Below, piece by piece: positions 13,401 to 25,400 of a DNA stretch of 64,000 nt. Within the stretch, counting starts at the first letter, position 1, and the number at the start of each line of letters is the position of its first letter. A program made the position numbers and the translations under genes. The notes under the pieces are model-generated. The model was not told the DNA's origin, searched no databases, and worked only from the letters and a program-made list of their open reading frames with translations. This DNA is from Lytechinus pictus (lineage: Eukaryota): contig NC_087251.1 in assembly GCF_037042905.1 (NCBI RefSeq), forward strand, positions 30,940,001 to 31,004,000. Reading direction: 5' to 3'.

Positions 13401-16400
13401 ATGATCGCAAAAGAGCCCCGACAAAGTTATTGGAAAAAAACAATAAAAAAAAAAAGTTAAAAAAAAAAAAAAAAAATACAAATTAAAAAAATAAAAAAAC
13501 CCTATTAAATTAGATTTTTTGCAATTTTTTGTGGATATTATAAAGGTAAAAATTGATACACTCACCAAAAATTAGCATTCTACTAGCTTAATAAATAAAG
13601 TCAAAGGCAAAAACATACAAAAAAACAAATTTAGGGCAAATTTCATATGCTCATTTGCATAATTAATTAATTAAATAATATAAACAATTAAGTTTTGTCA
13701 CATAAATTTGATGCAGAAGTACATTAAAGTTGCTGATAGTACATGTACACTTAATTGCATGTAAAATCAAACGCTCACAAATAAGCGGAATTCTACTACA
13801 CAGTCGGCTCGCCTGAGTGGCTGTATAATAGAAAACATAAAGTTCAACAAATCCACTTTTATTATTTTGAACTTGAAAAAAATAAAGCAAATAGGCTAAA
13901 ACCATGTACATGTAATATTACGGTTGTCAGTAGTTTTAGTATAATTCTTAATTGACCATGCAGTGTTCCAACTTACCCCATACCATGTTCCAACTTACCC
14001 CGTATAGGGTATAAGTTGGAATGCTTGCGATGGTCTTGTTCAAGGTGGATTTTTTTCAGTAATCATCATAGAGTTAAAAATTCTATGGGGTACATTTGTA
14101 GCCCCTAGATATATGAGCATAAGTTGATATATTGTTGGCTTCGTGAATAAAATCTATTTGGATTTTACAGCCATTTTTGTTGAAAATGTTCCAACTAACC
14201 CCTGTCTCCCCTACCTTGTACAAATAACTCCTGTGTACACTGTACATAAGTTATGTGAACTACATTTTACTCGCAAGCCCAGAAGTGTTTACATCTCATA
14301 TCATACTGCTAGATAATTAACCAAGAAAAATGTTCAACTCATAAGTAAGCACAGGTACCCCATCCTTTGTCTATGCATGAGTTAGCTAGGAATGTCCCCA
14401 AAATAGAGCAATATTTTGCTTTGGTAAGATTGCACATGTGGATGTGCTTGTATGAACTGGGCTGAAGCATTGGTGTTTCATTGTTATCTTTTACTAAGAT
14501 TTAAATTGTATAAACTAGGTATCAAATATGTAAGAACTGTAAGAAAGATATAGATTAGAAATATCATTTTAAAGGGAAATTCTTCATGTAAATGTCATTG
14601 TCAACAACACACAAATATGACCAAATTAGACTGATTGCTGCCTGATACCATACAACAAAAGAGAGAAAAAAAGAAAGAAGTGGATGACATCTTTGGTTTC
14701 CCTCATTTACATACTTGACTGGGATGTGCATGATGTAGCTGTTTTGAGAAATTTTAAAGCAAAACACCAAATTGTAATAACTTTGTTATTTTACATACAT
14801 GTACTGTACAAGCATTCTTCATTTATAAAGTTGATTTGATTTATTCAAATCAACTCTTTTTTTTTAAGGGGGGGGGGGAGGAGGGGGGATGGGGGGGGGG
14901 GAGGGGGATGGACTTGGCCTTTGAGAACAAAGTAAAGGTCACATTCTGAGATAGTTAATACCAAAGTTGAAAATATCATCCTCCTGGCTCCAGACCCTAC
15001 ATGAGTTGGAATAAATTATCAAAATTAAAATTATACTATTAAAATGCTGCTTTATCTTGAAATAAGCTACCGTAAGTAACGGACTATAAACCGCACCCGT
15101 GGATTAACCGCACCCCCAACTTTGGACTAAAAGAAAAAAAAAAGAAAAAAAAAATCCTTCTCACATTATATTTGAGGTACGAAGAAACAAAAACTAAGTT
15201 AAATATTTCAAAGTATCCAAAGAGATTACCGATATGCGGAAATCTGCTGTTCTTGATCAATTCATCTACAAACGTTTGCAAGAAAGAAAGGTCCCGACAA
15301 TATTGGCCACTTACACACTCACTCACCTCACAGTCACAGTGTACACACACACAGCACTGCCGTTCTTGTACATTGCAAACTACGATACGGTACCAGTAGT
15401 ACATCTTATCAAATAATGATCTGTGTCTTTCCCGGCGTAGGAGGAAGAAACATTCACATTTCTTGCATCACAAACTCACAATCACTTTCAGAATTTGTCT
15501 AGCATTCGATGTCTTAGCATGAATTTTGGATACGGGATTACAGGAAGGTTCAAGAAACAAAGAAATTTGCATTTTTTACAGTTGTTTTTACGGCTTCGCG
15601 CCGTCTCTCTCGTGCGTGGTGTACATGGTATCTTATGAAAAGCAAACGGGAAAGAAAAAATAAGCTGGCGCGAAATGGGACTTCGGAGGGGATCGAGGGT
15701 TAAAATGAATAGCGCCAGCTTAAGTCGCACTATGACCACAATACAACGCAAGCTACCTCAGCTCACTCAACTCTCGATCTTGCGCTCGCTCAGCTGTGAC
15801 AAAATATTACCGAGTATGCTTGGCGTCTCTTTGAACTTAGCCAGGGAACTTCGCTGCTTTGAACCGAGAATAAAGTCGAAATTAGTGTCATGAAGGTGGG
15901 TGCGTTCAGATCGTAATAATCGCTTCTCATACCCCTCTAAACGACATTGCCCTGGGCGGCTACGCCCGGCCACTCGATGTGTTGTGAACTGGCAGACGTC
16001 TTACATGTTCGGGAGGGGTTACGACGGGCTGACTCAGACCCGTTACCGTGGATAAACCGCACCCCCAACTTTTGCTTCTATCCCGCTGAGAAAAAGGTGC
16101 GGTTAATAGACCGTTACTTACGGTATATATCATTGGGGGCCATGTTGTTTTTTCTGTTGTCTGCAAATTCGTAGCAGAGTACAAAATGGCCATACCCATA
16201 CACCTGGAATTTAATGTTTCGGGCCCGCTCAATAATATTATTTCTATAGCTCTGCTTGGTTGATTAAAGGTCTGAAATGTGCAATATGATATAGAACTGG
16301 ATAAGAAAATTTAGATACTGAAGTGTTTGATATTCTCATAGCTATTGGTGACACTAGATTTCTTATGTATTGCTATATTTTAGCGGTCTGGAAGAAATTG

Positions 16401-19400
16401 CATCAGAACCGACAGCATCAGTTGGTCACTGCTTTGATTCAGCCCTAATCGAAAGGGTGATTCCATGACATTTGCTCCGGCGACGATTGCTCCGATGGAC
16501 AAAAAACTCTATTGCAATCCTCATTTTAAACCTATGTCCTCTGAGATATTAAGACCGAAGCAAATGTCGTGTCACCCAAAAGGGCACAAGAAGATCCAAG
16601 TCCAGTGAGAGGGGCATTAAGGCCAATCAGTAGGGTAAAAAGGCCTTTGTCATAGCCTTTGATTATTTAAAAGTCCTGATTATTTTTTGCTGCCATTTAC
16701 ATGTACAGTGCATCTAACAATTTTATGTGTGAATATTTAACATTTACAACACATTTCAATCTGAGGTATATCTATCATAAAGTTCAATAAATATCTTCAG
16801 TACCCATTTCATAATATTACCTTTCTGCTATTTTCTTTCTTGATGTGTTTGTTAATTTTGAGAAGCTCCTGCTAACAGACATGTAGAATGCCGTTATCTG
16901 AGTGGATCAGATCAATTGTTCTTAACTGATGGCTACTCTGTGGGATTGAGGAAAGATCTGGGTGGAGTTCTCCTGCTAGACTCTGCTCTACAAACCTCGG
17001 TCACTGACACCAACAATGATGTCATGGTTGAAATACCTTATTCTGAGGTGAGGAAATGAATTTTATACCAGCTATCGGGCTTCACCATGCTAAAAAAAGC
17101 CCCGGGGGGGGGGGGGGGGGGGGGGTACTCACGAAATCAGGCATTGACATGATCCACAAGAGAATAATATAAGTATTCATATATTTAGAATTTCTCAAGT
17201 GTATGACATAACAACCTCATTGACATAATCCACAAGAGAAATCCTATTCTCTGAATGCACAATTAATGGTATATTTGATAACAATAATCATATGAGGCGC
17301 CGAATGTACCAATATTACATAGAACAATTATTTGTTATATAATCATTATTTATTAAATAATAACTATTATTTATATATAATTTACATTTTATTTGTAAAT
17401 AACTACTATTATATAAAATATCATTTCTAATTATTTATATATAATTCCAAGTAATACTTCATTATTTGTAAATAATAATAGTTCGACATTCCATTATTTA
17501 TAAATAATGATTATTTGTTTTTCATTATTTATAAATAATGATTATTTGTTTTTCATTATTTATAAATAATGATTATTTGTTTTTCATTATTTATAAATAA
17601 TGATTATTTGTTTTTCATTATTTATAAATAATGATTATTTGTTTTTCATTATTTACAAATAATGATTATTTGTTTTTCATTATTTATAAATAATGATTAT
17701 TTGTTTTTCATTATTTATAAATAATGATTATTTGTTTTTCATTATTTACAAATAATGATTATTTGTTTTTCATTATTTATAAATAATGATTATTTGTTTT
17801 TCATTATTTATAAATAATGATTATTTGTTTTTCATTATTTATAAATAATTTGTTGAGTTTTCCATTATTTATAAATAATGATTATTTGTTAAATAATGAA
17901 AACGTCTACTTCATTATTTATAAATAATTTTTTCGAGTGCACCATTATTCTCATTATTTATAAATAATCATTATTTAATGTTCGAGTTTTCAATTATTTA
18001 TAAATAAAGATTATTTGTTAAATAATGAAATATCTACTTCATTAGTTATAAATAATAATTTAGTTTCAATATCCCATTATTTATAAATAATCATTATTTA
18101 TAAACAATTTTTACAGTTTGCCATTATATACAAATAATCATTACTTATATACAAATAACCATTATTTATTAAATAATGCCATTATTTATTATATAATGCC
18201 ATTATTTATTAAATAATGGAAAACTCGCTATAACATGCAAATGTGGGACCGCCCATGATATGAATATTCATGATGCGATTTCCTTTTTCGTGATTTTTCT
18301 TCACAAATTTTTGTCCGTTTCCTCTTCATAATGACATTTCTTGAAGCAATTTTCTAGGGATATGGTCTGATTGTAATATTCTTTATTTTCTATATAACTT
18401 CGTCTTCGTAGAAATATCAAAAAGTGTAATTTTATACGATTTTTCCTACAGTTCACAATTCCCATAGGCGCGCGTGTATCGTAGGGACAACCGGTGAATC
18501 GACGGAGTGCTCTTCATCGAAATACTACGTTGGTTGGTCCCCGGAAGTGGCGGGCGGAATTTAGCCTGAATCCTCGATGGAAGTCGATCAAGTGCATATG
18601 AGCTGAGAGAGTGAAATATCAGTGTACTTGTACAGGCCCTTCTACTTTTTATAAATATTTCTTGTTGCTTTTTTTGTTAAGTTAATTTTTCCTGGTGTAG
18701 AGATAAGTTTCAGTTCTAATAATGCACTTCAAATACATTTTGGAGTGTCTGTTTGAGGCGTTTGGGGCGATTTCACCCTGGCCCCAAAATTCTCGCAATG
18801 ACAATACGGGGGCATGATGACCCCTAAATTTTTAAAAACTTATTTTTCTATTGAAAATTATCACAAAATTCACCAAAAGTGTGCACGAAAGCCTTCGTAT
18901 TTCACTTTTAAAACTCCAAAAAGTGCCCAAATGATAAGCTTGGTCGCTTCGCTGTGTCGCTTTCAACTTGAGAACGTTTACGCGTCTGCTTCCCCCCCCC
19001 CCCCCTCCTCCGAAAGAAATTCTGTATACGGCCATGCTCTAAAGAGCCTGGCACATTGATTTATGTATACTTTCATTTTCATTATTTTTATCTCATTATC
19101 AACATGGCCTTACGCAGAATTTTTTCCAGGGGGGCCGGGGCCGGAGCATGACGCGCGTAAACTTTCTCAAAAAAATCTTGAAAGCGAGACAGCCACGGGA
19201 CCAAGCCCAAATGACAAGCTTGGTCGCTTCGCTGTCTCGCTTTCAACTTGAGAACGTTTACGCGCGTCTGCCCGGCCCACCCCCCGAAAGAAATTCTGTG
19301 AACGGCCATGCTCAAAAGAGCATATATGGCACATTGATTTATATGTACTTTTCATTTTCATTATTTTTATCACATTATCATCATGGCCTAGTTTTACACA

Positions 19401-22400
19401 GAATTTTTACCGGGGGGGGGGGGGGGGGGGAGCAGCTAGGACGCGCGTAAAGTTTCTCAAAAAAATCTTGAAAGCGAGACAGCGACGCGACCAAGCTCAA
19501 ATGATAAGCTTGGTCGCTTCGCTTTTTCAAGATTTTTATGAGAAAGTTTACGCGCGTCCTGCTCCCCCCACCCCCCCCCCCCCGGAAAAAATTATGCGTA
19601 AGGCCATGATGATAATGAGATAAAAATAATGAAAATGAAGTATACATAAACCAATGTGCCAGGCTCTTTAGAGCATGGCCGTATACAGAATTTCTTTCGG
19701 AGGAGGGGGGGGGGGGGATCGAAGCAGACGCGTAAACTTTCTCAAGTTGAAAGCGACACAGCGAAGCGACCAAGCTTGTCATTTGGGCACTTTTTGGAGT
19801 TTTCAAAGTGAAATACGAAGGCTTTCGTGCACACTTTTGGTGAATTTTGTGATAATTTTCAATAGAAAATCATCATGCCCCCGTATTGTCGGCATTTTGG
19901 GGCCAGGGTGAAATCGCCCCAAACGCCTCAAACAGACACTCCAAAATGTATTTGAAGTGCATTATTAGAACTGAAACTTATCTCTACACCAGGAAAAATT
20001 AACTTAACAAAAAAAGCAACAAGAAATATTTATAAAAAGTAGAAGGGCCTGTACAAGTACACTGATATTTCACTCTCTCAGCTCATAAGCACTTGATCGA
20101 CTTCCATCGAGGATTCAGGCTAAATTCCGCCCGCCTCTTCCGGGGACCAACCAACGTAGTATTTCGATGAAGAGCACTCCGTCGATTCACCAGTTGTCCC
20201 TACGATACACGCGCGCCTATGGGGATTGTGAACTGTAGGAAAAATCGTATAAAATTACACTTTTTGATATTTCTACGAAGACGAAGTTATATAGAAAATG
20301 AAGAATATTACAATCAGACCATATCCCTAGAAAATTGCTTCAAGAAATGTCATTATGAAGAGGAAATGGACAAAAATTTGTGAAGAGAAATCACGAAAAA
20401 GGAAATCGCATCATGAATATTCATATCATGGGCGGTCCCACATTTGCATGTTATAGCGAGTTTTCCATTATTTAATAAATAATGACATTATTTAATAAAT
20501 AATGGTTATTTGTATATAAATAATGATTATTTGTATATAATGGCAAACTGTAAAAATTGTTTATAAATAATGATTGTTTATAAATAATGGGATATTGAAA
20601 CTAAATTATTATTTATAAATAATGAAGTAGATATTTCATTATTTAACAAATAATCTTTATTTATAAATAATGGAAAACTCGAACATTAAATAATGATTAT
20701 TTATAAATAATGAGAATAATGGTGCACTCGAAAAAATTATTTATAAATAATGAAGTAGACGTTTTCATTATTTAACAAATAACCATTATTTATAAATAAT
20801 GGAAAACTCAACAAATTATTTATAATTAATGAAAAACAAATAATCATTATAAATAATGAAAAACAAATAATCATTATTTGTAAATAATGAAAAACAAATA
20901 ATCATTATTTATAAATAATGAAAAACAAATAATCATTATTTGTAAATAATGAAAAACAAATAATCATTATTTATAAATAATGAAAAACAAATAATCATTA
21001 TTTATAAATAATGAAAAACAAATAATCATTATTTATAAATAATGGAATGTCGAACTATTATTATTTACAAATAATGAAGTATTACTTGGAATTATATATA
21101 AATAATTAGAAATGATATTTTATATAATAGTAGTTATTTACAAATAAAATGTAAATTATATATAAATAATAGTTATTATTTAATAAATAATGATTATATA
21201 ACAAATAATTGTTCTATATAATATTGGTACATTCGGCGCCTCATATAATCATGCACTATGCTTTAATTGCTTGTTGGAGCTCAACAAATTGTTTACATTA
21301 GAGCATCTGTAACAATGACTACTTATTTTTAGCTGCTTTGCAGATTTATACGATTCTCATTTTCTTGTAATCTCTGTCAACCTGTCAAATAAGCTGACAG
21401 AGGTGCTGTAATATCAACAGTTTTTTGGACAGAAGCCTTGTGAATGACTGCACTAATTCATACACACATGTACATACTTTTATCTGTTTTGAATTGCAGG
21501 CAAGTCAGCTTCTGGCATGCCTCAGGAAGAACAAGATTGCCAATTCAGAGACTGTCATGGAGAGTATCGAAGAAGAATTGGAACGTTACAAACTTCCAAA
21601 TGACCATGCTTACCATAAAACAACTAAGGTAACGTACCCCAATTCATGGATTCCCTTTCATTCATTGCTTGTTTGGATAATATGGGCATGCCGAGGAGTT
21701 TGCATTGTTAAAAGGAATATTATAATATGAAACCATATAGAAGTAGATCAAGATGTTTTTGTGTTAAAGAATTAGGACTTAGGATTGGTATCCTTTATTT
21801 TGTTTGTATTTTGTCACCATGTAGACAGACCCCAGTCCAGATAAAGAAAGTCTAGGTACAGGTACAGGTGATGGCTGAAGCAAGTCCAAGTGTATTAACC
21901 CGTCTTGTCTAAAACTTGTTTTCTAGTGGGCTACTGTTCATCTCCGCCTACCCCATGCTACCCTCAAGAAAGTCATCAACGCCCTTGTGGTTGAGCTAAG
22001 TCGTACCCACCAACGGGTTTCTGCTCTTCCAATCTGTACCGCTATCCTGGATCGTCTTCAGAGACTCTACCCTGACGGACAGGAACCCTTGGTTGTAGGG
22101 GGAGATAACACCATTGAGAAGTCCCAGATGTACAGTGAGGCTACCCGGAGACAGACATTCGCTCAGTGGCCCCACATGGACTACAAGTAAGAAAACATTC
22201 CACTCATAACCTTGAGGGCAATTCCATGAAATATGTAGTTTGGATCCCCTGTATATGGGAACTTCCTAAAAAAGTTTTCTATTTCATATGTAACACTTCT
22301 AATGCTATCTGGCTTGAGCAGTTCATGGAATGAAGTAAGAATGGTGACAAATGGGATTCAGAGGTCTGAAAATGTGGATTTCTTTATGGAAATGTCATTT

Positions 22401-25400
22401 AGATGATTGAATGTTTTTATTTTGTTTTGAAATGAGAAGTGATATGAATGTATGTGTATCAAAAGATATACTGTATACATATATATTTTTGTTATTACAG
22501 GTGGGCTCTCCCTGAACCTATGGCTCAAGCTGGCTTTTACCATCAGGTACATATTCTGTGTTATGTTCTTGTCTTTTGTATTACATGTATGAATATGTCA
22601 ATTTATAATTTGTTATAATTCTAATTACTTTGTCAATCTATATATTTTTTGCAATGTTAAGGACATGTTTTAACTTGTGTATATATTTTTATTTTGTTAG
22701 AGATCATATTGCAAAAGGGGTAGGGGGAAGGTGGGATAAGTTGAGCATAGGGGCAAGTTGAGCCACCACCCCCAGGCCAATAATGAATGAGTCAGACATT
22801 GTGGTGGTGTCATGTATTGATGACCCATTGCATAACCCCTAACCCCACCACATTGTTTTCAACTTTGAAACAAAAAGTACTTTTTTAGAGGGAAAAATAC
22901 AAATTTCGGCCAAAAAAGTAAAAAAGGGTGTGAATTAGATAAGTGCTTTTTACGCACACACATCTTTAAATATAATAAAGACATAAGAACAACATTGTTA
23001 GCCCAGGTGTGGATCCTCACTCTTGTCATAGTCTTTTACATGATGGATGCATACGAAATGTGTGGATGCGAAATTATCGCATAAAGTTTGGACTGGGGTA
23101 AGTTGTGCCAGCAAACATGGGGCAAGTTGAGCCATGGTAATTCTTATGGTAATGTATATATAAAAAGCAAACAAACCTTAAAAAGCCATCGATATGCTGG
23201 CAGAAAGGAGCAAATTTATATGACTGTTCTCTTCCTTTTAGAGGATGTTAGTATTTATAGAGAATTAGCAAGTGAAAAGACTTAAAATAAAAAATTGCAT
23301 GCTGGTTCTTCCCCCATACATTTTGTACATAGTTTTTGTGGCTCAACTTACCCCAGAAGGTGGCTCAACTTACCCCACAGATGGGGCAAGTTGAGCCATT
23401 TGACATCTCTTTTTTCAAAGGTGAAAATTACTTTCAGTGTGGGGGTAGAAAGTTATATATAGGTGAGAAATATTTCAGAAGAATGAAATTTTAAAGCGAG
23501 GTACTCATTTCTACAAGATTATTAATCATATCAATTCTAACATGCAAAATTCAAAAAGTGTCGCAACTTACCCCGCCTTCCCCTACTTTTTTTACTGCTT
23601 ATGTTATTCTCATATTGTTAATATGAACTTATTCATTTATCATTATTTTAGTCTTACTGCCTCTCATGATATGTTATGGCAAGTAAGTTACAGTTTGAAA
23701 AAACATGTTGTGATTTGTCAGATTTTAATCTTGATTACCTTGTACCTTTGTTGTTTACAGCCCTCTTCAATAGGTGATGATAGAGCTATGTGTTTTACCT
23801 GTAGTGTGTGCCTTGTTTGTTGGGAACCAACTGACGAACCTTGGTGAGTAGGATTGATTTGTGTAATTTTTTTAACATTGGTTACCGGGATTGTTAACGG
23901 AATTTTGTTTCAATTTTTCAAAATATCACTCAAGACTAAAAATCCCCCCAAACATACAAGTGCTCTCTTTTTTAGAAGATTCTGAGCCGATGATGATTTT
24001 TAAAGGATAAATGGAACCATGGAACCATGTGTTCTATCATAATCATTTAAAGTTTCCACTTCTCTCATTACATTCAGGTCAGAACATGAGAGACACTCTC
24101 CCACTTGTCCCTTTGTGAGAGGAGAACCAACCCACAATGTTCCTTTCTCTGTTACCCTCTCAACCGGCCCAGCTCATTCACACAGCAAGACTGAAAAGGT
24201 AATATGTCCGTCTTTAATCGTTGAATGGTGTTAAATATTCTGTATCCCAGTAAGTAGCAGAGGGGTATATATCTCATGAAGAAAAGCCTTTCTATATAAA
24301 TATTATTATCTTTAATTACCATGATTCAGTAGACCATGCACTTCAGTACAATATTGCTCAGCAAATATTGGACATAGGCCTGGTGATAATTTATTAGATT
24401 TTGGTGCATTGTGCAGTTCTGTTCATCTTATGTTAAGTTATAGAAAGTAGAAGACAAAATAAGTCAATTCTTAAGTTATAGAAAGTAGAAGACAAAATAA
24501 GTCAATTTCAAGATATTGTTATTAAGTTTGAGAAAGAGAAGGACAGAGAGATTTAATAACATTTCATACATTCATACATGTATGAGATAGCTCCATCTCA
24601 GGTGACATTTATCCAAGATCTGGTGTAAAAATCTTTATCTAGTTCACAGTGAATTTAGTTTATCTAAATTGATCCTATTTTATCAGAGTCATGAATGTTA
24701 TCAGTTTCATTGTTTTGATACCTGTGATTGATTGATTTGAATAGATATCATGTGTTAGTGAGGGCAACACGTCTTCTTTAATGGCAACCTCTACCGAGTC
24801 TGGTCGTGTCTGCATCTGGGAAGTCCACGAACAACTGAAACTAGCCACCAGATTCATCGTCAACCCCAAGGATCCCATCTTCAAAGGACAGGCACCCGTG
24901 ATCATGGACACAGAACCAGTGAAGGCTGTTAAGCAGGCATGGATGACACCCGAGGTGCCGGTGTCTGGTACCAGTAGTAGCAGTAGCTCTACCATTAGTA
25001 CCTCGAGTAGTACCAGCAGTGGAAGCACCGGCCATGTTCCTATGAAGGATGAACTAGCACCAGTCAATAGGTAAGCCTTTCATATCTTGTGCCTCTGCAT
25101 TGCAAAGTGGCAGCAGAAAATGGTATGTGTCTACAGTGGAGATTGAGTCTTCCTCCAAATAATCACTGCATCCACATGTCGGCCTCTTAGGCTCGAATTC
25201 ACGGAGGTGGTTTTGAAAACCCACCGTTGAATCCCATGGTTTATGCAGATTTCCTGTATAAATTATGCTTAATTCACTGCGTATCGGGCGTGTGTATAAA
25301 AAATGTCCAATGCTGATGCGCGCTTTTGTCACAGTGCGCCAAATTGACGCCTGTTACCATGGTTAGATACGCTATTTTATTCATGAGTCCACTGTTTGAA

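Larger units (their letters stand above)
17292..21244. mobile_element. Foldback (long inverted repeat) transposon-like element, 8-bp TSD ATAATCAT, no coding region
   Basis: ATAATCAT|ATGAGGCGCCGAATGTACCAATATT ... AATATTGGTACATTCGGCGCCTCAT|ATAATCAT; arms near-identical in reverse complement along their length; centre of symmetry 19498-19506. Confidence 0.93.

Noticed and set aside
14867..14908. G-rich tract as a functional G-quadruplex
   Set aside because: An expanded G run at a repeat end; similar homopolymers are scattered through the window (9372, 17104) with no further support.
15084..16232. ORFs inside the Tc2-like element as a transposase
   Set aside because: Short and in mixed frames; no DDE/D or HTH motif recognisable.
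17511..17848. 31-bp repeat array as a CRISPR array
   Set aside because: Units are contiguous with no unique spacers, there are no cas genes, and the context is a eukaryotic intron.
18814..19911. Cluster of short ORFs on both strands (SLVASLCRFQLE etc.)
   Set aside because: Mirror-image translations of the repeated palindromic units, with no recognisable domain and G/C homopolymer length shifts.
17292..21244. Palindrome as a sequencing or assembly foldback artefact
   Set aside because: The arms differ by substitutions, a ~25-bp indel, array copy number and one ~290-bp unit; an 8-bp TSD flanks it; BIRC6 exons continue collinearly on both sides. Unlikely, though not excluded without reads.
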